This document shows, one piece after another, positions 52,583 to 64,000 of a stretch of 64,000 nucleotides of DNA. Each line of letters starts with the position of its first letter. Within the stretch, counting starts at the first letter, position 1. The notes under the pieces are model-generated. The model ran no database searches and was not told where the DNA came from. It worked only from the letters and a program-made list of their open reading frames with translations. A program made the position numbers and the translations under genes. The DNA is from the human T2T-CHM13v2.0 reference genome, Homo sapiens, in NCBI RefSeq assembly GCF_009914755.1, contig NC_060934.1, one strand, 5' to 3'.

Positions 52583-55500
52583 AAAGGGTCAGTGACAATG
52601 AAAAAGACAGCTTGTTTTGTTCAAAATATAGACTGGATTTCCCATAGAGCTCTTTTAATAGGTTTCCATGACTCAATAACATAGCAAAATGCCTCCAGAC
52701 CTAAATAAGGTGTTTACCTACTGAGAGCTACAGATTTACCCTACATTTTCACAGCCGGATTCAAGGTGTTCTAGACTACTTGTAGGCACTTTCAAGATCC
52801 CATCTGCTGCACTTGACTGAAGAAGTGACCTTTGTGATTGCGTAGCTCCTAAAAAAAAAAAAAAAAAAAAAAAGTGACGCGGTCATTTAACTCAGCTGCA
52901 ACTTTTCATGGAAATGCAGGAAAGACTAACTCATTGAATGATCAGTTGCCTACTTGGAATGCAATAAGTGGCTTCCACAGCTTATTTTTGTTTTCCAATA
53001 GAAAATCACAGCCTGCGGATGATCAGTGTGTGCAGATTTCTCCAGAGGCTGTTTAGAATGAAAAATGCTTTCATGGTTAAGCAAAAATGTATAAAAGGGC
53101 TTCTGAAGTAAATTTTTTTCTCTTATGTAGTTAAATAGATCATTTTGCCAGAAGTTCTGGGTGGACAGATCATAGGTAAAAGCAAGTGTGAAAGGATTTA
53201 AGTTTCCAACAAAATTACAGCACCCAAAGGATGGGGTATTTTTCATAAAGTTATTTCCTAAAGGAAGGGATAGTGCAATTCTGTCCTGAGATTAATTTTA
53301 CATTCTCCAAAATACATTTAAAGTTCTTACTATATTTTTAAATAAGCTTTTTATTTCATGACCATACAGTAAAGAAACCAAAGTAAAGAATATTAACTTC
53401 TGGCTTATGCTGCACTTTAAATGAGCGGAGTATTCTTTAACAGGGAAAAGTTGAGACTGAATATTCTTTTTTGCAATGGCATATTCTAAAGACAAGGCAA
53501 CCATCTTCTGAGAAAGGTTAATGACGTAGATGTTTTAGAGACCAGCAGAAGGTTGCATGAACAGTAACAGCCTCAACAAAAGCTGCTATGAAGTTTAACC
53601 CCTTTCCAGCAAAAAAAAAAAAAAAAAAGGAAAAGGAAAAAGGAGAGCTTCTTTAAGAATACAAAGATAAATACTTAAACATATTTTGAAGAACATAAAA
53701 TCAGTCTCAGGATGAAATGTCACTATAATTTCCCTAGGAACCAAATATGGTTAATATCCATCCACCCCCGACCATGAGTATGTAAGATGCATTTTCTTAG
53801 GGGTTTTGTCCTTCTTTGTTTGAAATTACTAGACACTGAAGTACCAGGTAAATGCTTCACTTTCTTGGTTTCCTGTTTATTTACTTATTTTGTCTAGATA
53901 AGTCTTCACATTTAAATAAAAAGAAATCTTCCCAGCCCAAAACATATACGCAGGCCCTTCAAATCTCAGGTCTTAAAATCACTCAGGTCTTAAAATCATG
54001 AAAGTCCTTTAAGCTTTAAGAACAAATGTGTATAATTTAACTACTTAGTACACAGGTTTAGTCACTTTAGTGAGTTAGAGGAAACCACTGTAATCTTGGG
54101 GCCGGTTTCTATGTATTGGCAGGAAATAGAAAAGATTTTTGTGTGATCTCCCAAGATCTCCAACTGAAAATTACATGGATTCAGAAACAGACCATGTCAG
54201 TGATTCCAAATCCCCATGAAGACTACTTTTTGTCGCTTTTGAAGAAGGCAGCCATTGATTTATAATAGGAAATGTGGGGAGCTGGGCTGTCAGTCCCAGT
54301 AGCGATGGCAGTGGGAGGAGAGAGCAGCCAGTCCTGCTTAATCTGGTGAGATTGTGCACTGCAGAAATAGGAAGAAGAAGACATTGAGTGTGCAAAAAGG
54401 CAGCCTTACCCATGGGCTTGTGTGTATCAAAGTACCAAAAGCATAAACCTTAAAATCAAAGCAGGAAAATGTGATCAAGATCCATAGATTTGCTACATTG
54501 GACGTTACATTCAGGTTAAACACTAACAATAACTCAATGGAGATTTTCCAGGATTTATAAATTCTCTCTCCGATGTAGAAATGTGTAATTGGTATAGCAT
54601 ATGGCTTCATACTTTGGTGAACTTGCCTATATAAAACTTTGCAAATAGAGTTTATTTGTTTCTTAGTCTATGCTTTCTTTGGAATTGGAATTATTAATAA
54701 CTCCTAAGTGGCTATTGTGAAATCTTTCCTTGTTAAGCACATTTTCCTAGCTTATGTTAATTTCACATTTTGTTGAATGTGCCCGTTCCTCTGGCAGTAT
54801 ATAAAATTGCCAGACAGAAATTCTGCACCCAGAGTATCAGGGTAATATTAACATTTAAGTTTTTTGTAAGAGGTTCTCAGCAAGGATCTAAAGAAAAATT
54901 ATTCTGTAACTTTTGCTGCCAGTTGTGAAAGACTTTTTAAAAAATGTTTTTAACCAAGCTGGACTCATTTGTTTAGTTGAAGGAAAAAAATTAAAACCTT
55001 AGAAGTAAATTAAACACACTGGCACAGATAATATCATTTTATTTGTACATTTCTGGCATAATGTGCTGAGAAATACTAATTCTTTTGACTCCCTGCCAAT
55101 TTTCTACTAATCAAAATGGAGAAGATATGCACTGTTTGGATTATACCTAAAAATAGTTGTGCTACAGTCACATCAGCAAATGGAATTAAATTAATTTCTC
55201 TTTCTTCCTCTTCACATACACCCTCTGCACCATTTAAATTTCCATCTAGAATATTGCTCCTGAATCTCATAATTTTTTATTCAATGCATCCCAAATAACA
55301 TTGCTACATTGCAATGATTTTTAAGCAAACTCTATTGAACTACTCTTCCGGCGGGATAACACTCTCCTGAAAATGCCATGTTTAGTCGGCTCTCATTTAA
55401 GGAGCCTCTACTAGATAGCTGTTATAATGTAATCAAAGAGGTAGGAATACTAGAAATAGATACTTTGTAGGCCAATTTACCTCATCAATAGTCTTTTTAC

Positions 55501-55805
55501 CCTTTTGTAGGTGGAGGGCGATAGTGCCTGAATCAATCAGATTTGATCACTTGATCATAGAACAGATAAGCGGCTTCAAATCCGATTGCTCTAACGACAG
55601 ACTGCAAAAATGGTAGCTCCAAGAAGCTCCCACACTGCTGGCACTATCAGAGCATGATCTTTGCAGTAACGTTAGCAGCACCCAAGAAGGCTTTGTAAGC
55701 AACTGCCTTTAAACCTTTGCCTTCTCTTGGATGTTTGGCAATGATCACGTCCCCAGCTTCTATACTTGAAGATCATTCTTGTCTTAGAAACACCACACTC
55801 ACTAG

Positions 55806-56136
<331 letters not shown>

Positions 56137-56149
56137 TTGGAGCACTTCT

Positions 56150-56493
56150 TCAATTTTTTCTGAGACAGGGTCTCACTCTGTTGCCCAGGCTGGTAGTGCA
56201 GTGGCACAGTCATGGCTTACTGCAGCCTCGACCTCCCAGGTTCAAGTGGTCCTCCCACCTCAGCCTCCTGAGTAGTTGGGACTACAGCCACGTGCCACCA
56301 AGCCTGACAGGTTTCTTTTTTGTTTTGTTTTGTTTGTTGTTGTTGTTTTTTAATTTTTTTTTGTTTATTTTTTGTAGAGACAGAGTCTCCCTATGTTGCC
56401 CAGGCTGCTCTTGAACTCCAGGGCTCAAGCAGTCCGCCTGCCGTGGCCTCCCAAAGTGTTGAAAATATGAGCTCGAGCCACCATGCCCGGCCT
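56150..56493 (-). mobile_element. AluJ-type with expanded T/TTG linker
   Basis: gcagcctcgacctcc, ccctatgttgcccaggctg. Confidence 0.93.
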
Positions 56494-58337
56494 TCAATCC
56501 TTGAATAAGCTAGAAACATCTAGAACATCTAGTTCTTGATACATTTCTTTTCCTAGGAGAATTAATTTCTCACAAATCATTTCCTAAAGCTCTGATTTTC
56601 AACATCTGTCAATATTTACAGTTCCATTTTTCCTCTCTCTCCGTATTCCCTTGCTCATAGCTGTTAATTAGGAGTAGCAAGACCACGCTGTTTTCTTCCC
56701 ACTTATGACACAAAACTTACCTATGATGCATTTTACATGTGAAGTTTGGGTTTCTTCCTGAGAATTTCAGTATTGCTCACAATTAGGTGGCAACTCCAAG
56801 CAGATAAAAATTTAAATACTTGTTTGTATTTTCCTATCAAAGGTGTTCAGGATGAGTTTAATATTTGGGGTGTGGGACTATCTTAGGCTTTCTTTTTTCT
56901 GATATTGTCACTTCGTAACCATGTGACCTTGTCAGTCTCATTATCTTGGTTTCAAAAGGTAACATTAGTTGTTCCACCTTCAACTATTTGCAAATTAGTT
57001 TTGCTAATTATTATTAGGCTAGCTGATTTGTGAGAATTGTGGGTAAAATTTTAGGGGTGTAGAAAACTCTTTCAAGCAGATGGCCCACTATGGCCACAAT
57101 GGCTGTCTAACTGTAGTTCCCACTGTGCCCAATGACCTTGGGGACAAGTCACTTAGTTTCCTTGCCATTCAGGTTCACTTCCTACAAAGCCTGATCAGTA
57201 GCCTTTGTTTAATCTCTTTGAGATGCTATGACAGAAGTTCTTTGCTTTGCAAAGTCTATCTTTTTGAATACTTTCTCCTGGCCTCCTTTTCCCTTTCCTA
57301 GCAACTCCACCCACAGAAATCCCTCCGTCTTCTTCTTTTTTTTTTTTTTTAAGTGAAAAGAACAACTAAGAATAGCAAAAATATATATAATAGCCCATGC
57401 ATTCAAACAAATGGTCCTTCATTTTTTGTTGCAATTAAAATTCCACAGAAACCACAACTGAATAAAATAATCTTCCGAAACATCGGATTAAAAAACCTGT
57501 TTGCTGTGTGCTGAGCAAAAGTGATTGTTTAATGATTCTTAACCCACAGCCACTTTGAGAAAAGAAAGCCAATTTGGAAAACTACTCAACTCTACAATTT
57601 TGCATTGAGTTATAAATACTAAAAGCAACTATCTAGATTATTCTCCTTTTTCTTGGAATAGCAATTCAGAGATGAAAAGCACTGAGAGCAACAGGAGTTT
57701 ATATTTTTGCACGCCCTTCCTTTATGGGTTGCAGGGTATTGAGTTTCTCTGTTCCCAACCTAATAAACAGGGACAAATCTACAGGAACTTTACTGGCTTA
57801 CAATTTCTGTTATGTTAACTACAGGAACGCACCTGCAATCTTGAAGTCCTTGTAAAAACTGCTCTTAAAGAGTAAACATTAATAGACATTCCAATAACAT
57901 TTTCTTCATTCAAGGGATTTTTTTTAAACCATTATAAGTAACATTTTAGTAAGATGCTCTTTTTAAAGAACTCATTGCACTTAACTGATTTTGTGATCAA
58001 TTCAGAGATAGTAGTTTTTTTTTTTCTTTTCTTAAAATAGACATACTTAAGTAAAACTGAGTCACTCAGAAGAATTCCAGACTCTTCAGCATGGGAAAGA
58101 TCTTGATGTGTCTAGTAAACACTACCCCAGCCCCGTGCAAGGTTATACCTAGATCAGTGCAGATCTAGAGAGATGATCTGGTGAGATCATTTTGAGATTT
58201 AAAGACCTGGTCTACTGAATAGCCCATCCTATCAGCAAATGTTTCTTTTATAGCAAACCCAGATCCCTCATCCTGTTTTAACTCATGATTGATCTCAGGG
58301 AAATCTGAAAAACTGAGGACTGAGCCACTATTGTTTA

Positions 58338-58657
<320 letters not shown>

Positions 58658-59249
58658 CCCTCTTGATGATATACATGTAAAACTGTGACACCCTCTCCTC
58701 AGCTTTCTATGCACTCAATAATTCCATTTGCTTTATAAACAACTTCAAATCCATTCATTCTTTCTGTTGTTCACTCGGGAATCATTTCCAGTAACAGGGA
58801 TTCCTTCTAGCTAGAGACAAGAAAGAGCACAACATGATACAAAATATTAAGTTCAGACCTGGTCTGATGTCATCAACATGTCATCATTCCTGGAATCATG
58901 CTAGTAACTTTTTTCAGTCACCAGAGTCACAAAGCTCTGAAGATCAGAAGAAAATATTGTGCAAAGTGAAGAAGTATAACATGAAGATTAGTAAATCTTT
59001 ACAGTACTGTAAAAAGCATCCTGTAAGCATGGGACAAAACAGACAATATACATTTTAAAAATGTAAATTCCATTATAGGTAATTTATGTTTTATAAATTA
59101 TAAAATATATAATATTTTTTAAAAACATAACATTTTTCTAGGACCAGGCAACGAATTAAAACCCCCTCCCGAAAGGGCACATGTTTACAACTCTCTTCAA
59201 ACCTTTTGATTGTTAATATACCTAAAGGGACAAACAAATGTTATATTTG

Positions 59250-59685
59250 TTTCTTTGAGATGGGGTCTCGCTCTGTCACCCCGGCTGGAGTGCAATGGCA
59301 TAACCACAGGTCAATGTAGCCTCAATCTCCCAGGCTCAAGCGATCCTCCCATCTCACCTTCCCCTGAGTAGCTGGGACTACAAGCATGCGCCACCACGCC
59401 TGGCTAATTTTTGTATTTTTTGTAGACACGTAGTTTTGCCATGTTGCCCAGGCTGGTCTTGAACTCCTGAGCTCAAGCAATCCACCAAGGCTCAAGTGAT
59501 CCTCAGCCTCCTGAGTAGCTGGGACTACAGGCACATGCCACCACACCCAGATTTTTTGTTTGTATTTGTGGAGACCGGGTCTCCCTATGTTGTCAGAGCT
59601 GGTCTCAAACTCCTGGGCTCACTTGATCCTCCAGCCTTGGCCTCCTAAAGTGCTGGGATTGCAGGCATGAGCCATTGTGCCTGGC
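59250..59685 (-). mobile_element. Chimeric over-long AluJ (two partial Alus joined)
   Basis: Sequence reverts from left arm to right arm at ~59488 (ccaccaa|ggctcaagtgatcc); two linkers are present. Confidence 0.88.
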
Positions 59686-59970
59686 AGAGACAAATAAAGT
59701 TTTTCACATTATATGTGCTGGGAAAACACTTGGGGAGCGTAATTTTATAGAGGATTTCTGTGATTAGTCTTTTGTGATTCATATGTTCATCTGTTCTTAA
59801 TTAAGGGTATCATGTATGGAGTGAGTGTGCTGTATGGGTTGCACCCAGCCAAGACGGAGCCTGTCACACTCTGGTTGGGGAGATTAGACATCCGTGTGTT
59901 GAAAAATGACAAAATATGAGGCAGGTGTGGTTGAATGCCAGATGCCTGGGCCAAAAGTAGGGCTCTAGAC

Positions 59971-60215
59971 CAGTGCTATCTCATAGAAACACAATGCAAG
60001 CTATGTATTTAATTTTATATTTTTTAGTACAATTAAAAATTAAAATAAAAATAAATAGATAAAATTAGTCTTTCAATATGTAATTGATCTAAAACATTTT
60101 TATGAGATACTTCACTTTTAAAAATAGTAAATCTTTGAAATCTGATGTGTATCTTCCGTTTCTAGCCCATTTTAATTGGAACTAGGCACATTTCAAGGGC
60201 TCTCAGTAGCAGGAG
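59971..60215. mobile_element. MER33/MER3-like hAT-Charlie relic
   Basis: ctctagac|cagtgctatc...aaatctttgaaatctgatgtgtat...cacatttcaagggctc. Confidence 0.65.
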
Positions 60216-60674
60216 AGAGTGAATGGTAGGGTGGCATAACCTAGAGGCTGGATAACGACATGGACCTCAGATGAGGAGAGAAAATGGCATGAATGGCCAT
60301 TCCAGGGGAAGTTATAAGGAGAAGAAAACTGCATGAACAAAAACCTAGAGGTATGGGGAGTCAAGAAGAATGATCAGACAATGAATAGGCAGTTGCAGGT
60401 ACTTCATTTTGATAGAGTAATTGGAGATAAACCTGGAAAGTGGTTTGGGAACAGATCAAAAAGTTTATGCAAAAGTGTTGAACTCTAATCTTCCTAAAAG
60501 CATGGAGATTTATAAGCAAGAGTGTCAGGATTAAAACAGTGTTTTAGAAAGATTCACCTGGCATCAGAAGGCATGATGGGTAGATATTAACATCTCAGTT
60601 AATCTTCAAAGTAATTCTGAGTTCGTAAATTTAAAAATCTCATTGTACAAATCAGAAAACTAAGATTTATGTAA

Positions 60675-61076
<402 letters not shown>

Positions 61077-63840
61077 TAAGTATGAGGACCTGTTAATTGC
61101 CCAAGGTCATGCCCCTATGGAGGTAATGCACATGAGCTCAGGCAGTTCGTTCAAGGCAACAGGCGAGCAGAGATCAAGTCTAGGTGCCTGACTCCTAAGT
61201 TAGTCTCTTTTTCATATCTCCAAACTACTTGTCCATTCCCTACCAGACTAGAGGTTCCTTTAGAACTTGTCTTTCTATCTTTAACTCTGCAGTGCCTGAT
61301 GCATTACCACATACATGGTATGCACTCTGAATATTCATTGACTACATTCTACTAGAGTCAGAGAAACAAGCTCTCTAGCTCCCGCAATAGTCCAGGCACA
61401 TAGTGGTAACAGGCCTAACTGGAGCTGAGCACTGCAAGAAGATGTGACATAACCCTCTATTTCTTTTGTACATCCAGATTTTCACTATTAGACACAAAGA
61501 ATAGTTTCTCTAGGAAAAGTGCTAAGCCTCAAATTGCAATGTATAATATATGGGACAACCTCTGCTGGTATCACAGGAAACAATGAGGTTTTCCAAATAT
61601 TTCTAAGAAATGCACTTATTTCTAGAAATGGCACATCGATTGTTGAAATTCTGTACCTAACCAACATAAATTCTATGACTATGAAGGTGGTATATACTGT
61701 ATGAAAATGTACATCATTATTTAAAAATAGGCATTTCACCAAAATTGCTAAATGAGAACTACGTGCTCTAAGTTCTAGGTCAATTGTCAATGGGAAAAAT
61801 ACTTGATTTATTTGTCACTTATTGTATTATATCTTAAATGGGATTCTTTCCTTTCTAACTGAGAGATCCAGAGACATTGTTCTCACTGGACTCTACAGGG
61901 AAAAAAAAAAGCCCCATCCCAAGCCCCAGTGCGTTCCGTGGACCCAAACAGTCATCGTAGCTAAGAGAGCAGATTTCATTTCATTAATGTACAGATTTCT
62001 ATTTTAAATGTTACTTCTGCCTGTTAATACTGTAAGAAATAATATATCCATAAAAATATATTTAGGGCAAACAAACATCACAGCCCTCTCAAAGTTTCAA
62101 AACAGATTCATAATCATTATCTTCCCATCTTAGCACAAAAGCTAGAGTTTATATGGGATCTTTAACTGGTCCAAGTTACATGGATTTTTGCCTTTTGACA
62201 AAGCATTAACACTTTACTTGAGATTTTTAAATTGTAGGTGTGTTCTCAATAATGCAGAATTCATTTTAAATAACATTATATTTCTATTCCCTCAATGGGA
62301 TTATTGTTTGCAAGAAACTCAGTGTTGAGGCTTCACACTGGAAAGGTGGGAGCCAGGCAGAGGCTGACATGAGGAAACCTCCATGGGCCATGACCTTGGG
62401 ACATTTGCAGGCCCCCTGCTTCAAACACTCAAGAAACCTATTTGGTAAGAATGCATTTCTCTGTGTCAGCTCTTCAGATTGATATATGAAATCGGAAAGC
62501 CACTTTAATAATTCACAAGGTAGTGGTCACAAGGCCTATTACACACGCCGTGGGCATGACCAGATATTCTCTCTCTATACCCAGGGAAGACAGTACAGCC
62601 AAAAGGTTCACAGTAATCCTGGGGTCAGAACTGAGAAGCCTGGTTGCAAGGACTTACCAGTGCATCCATTTTTACTATGGCCCAGAACACTGGAAGTCTG
62701 CTGGGTTTGAGACCGACTCTTCCCTAGATAGGGATTGGATGGGCACTGCCAGTAGTGGACTCCCTGTCTCTCCTTTTTCTGTCACCAATAGCCAAGTGCC
62801 CCTCCCCTCTCTGCTCCATTCCCCAGTAGACAGATTCTTCCTTTATAGAAGTCGAGACACCTAAGCAGGTCGGTCAAGTCGTGTTGACCTGACTGTCTCT
62901 TTACAGGGACAACATGTCTTTGCTCTCATCCATTATTTGACTTAGAAGGGCTGGTAGTTAGGAGGAGGTTTTGCTGCTTTCCCTACAACTCTTGAGATTA
63001 AAGCACATCTCCCATAGAAAAGCTACTTGTCCCTTTTCTACATTATAGGAACCCAGATACTTGGTTCTGTTAATCTTGCTAATGGAAATAGCATTGTTTC
63101 CATTTTATTTAACGATATAGCTCTTTTCCTTAAACACATTAAATATATGTCTAACCAGCATTCAAATCTTTCTTTCTGTGATCTGTATGTCAGATGAATT
63201 TGAACTCTAATTACATTTTCCTGATCCATATTGTAGAAACATCTTAGCTAACTGTGCCTCTGAAAATGCCACACTCTTAGGTCTGGACTCTGGACAGATG
63301 TCTTAGACTCTGGACAGATGTCTAAGAGGTGAATCATGTTTATGCAGGGGATAAAAATGATGGTTTTGTGATGGCACTGAGGAACTGGGTTCAATCTAAC
63401 ACATGTTAGATTGCAGTTGTAGGGCAAAGTTTGAAATTTGTGGCAAAAAAGATGATTGCATTCTTAGGCTTTTTGTTTCCAACCAATAGAATAATATATT
63501 GTCACCTTCCTGCATTACAAATGCAATTATAATACAATAATACAAATACAATTTATAATCATTTATTCATTTGTTTTACCTACTATGTGCTGGGCCCAAT
63601 AGAGTATAGGGCAAGGCAGACACTGTCCTCAAAATCAGGAAGCTACTGTAGCTAATGTTTCCTCCACTTGCACTTTTGAAGAATTAGTAGAGACAAAGTA
63701 AACAAGTGCTTTTTAGAGTTCATTTCTCAGAAATCGGAACTAACTTGCAGGATGTCAGTCCAGTTGCGAAAGGTGAGAAAAGCATTTTATTCCTTTTTAA
63801 GGGTGACCACAAAACCCATATATTGGAAATGTCAAAGTTA

Positions 63841-63905
63841 ATATTACATATACACATGCATATATATGTATATATATGTATATATATGTGTATATATGTA
63901 TATAT
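63841..63905. repeat. (TA)/(TATATG)n microsatellite
   Basis: tatatatgta repeats. Confidence 0.9.
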
Positions 63906-64000
63906 CTTTTTAGGTAAAATATATGGGATAGTCCCACAAGCTCTTCTCTGAGGCCCTGTGGGGCAAGATGTGTTTTGGGATTCAGAATCTGGAGGTTTTA

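Noticed and set aside
52851-52873. Genomic A-runs (also ~48157-48181 and ~53611-53628) as poly(A) sites or retrocopy tails
   Set aside because: No adjacent retroposed body or TSD recognised; likely sources of oligo-dT internal-priming artefacts.

Overview
Human genomic DNA (AT-rich, roughly half interspersed repeats) containing one recognisable gene: the intronless beta-1 adrenergic receptor ADRB1 (CDS 49791..51224, + strand, 477 aa) inside a CpG island, with its TATA-less promoter, a ~267-nt GC-rich leader and a ~1.3-kb 3' UTR. The haplotype encodes Ser49/Arg389. The ~49 kb upstream and ~11 kb downstream are intergenic, with many Alus (several with readable TSDs), old L1/L2/MIR fragments, MaLR LTRs and DNA-transposon relics. 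All other ORFs in the track look like repeat-derived or GC-bias artefacts. I found no convincing new gene or multi-gene system. The most interesting signals are regulatory. First, a poly-Arg/Gln uORF read through a CAG/CGG repeat is in frame with ADRB1 and separated from it by a single UGA-C stop; a second overlapping uORF and an ACG in optimal context are also present. Second, there is a tandem pair of hormone-response-like palindromes at 47.8 kb and a period-7 DR1 half-site array at 15.5 kb. Third, there is a 3x30-bp promoter VNTR candidate. Fourth, the 3' UTR has multiple miR-19/miR-92 seed sites. Repeat names and boundaries are from recognition by eye and are approximate.
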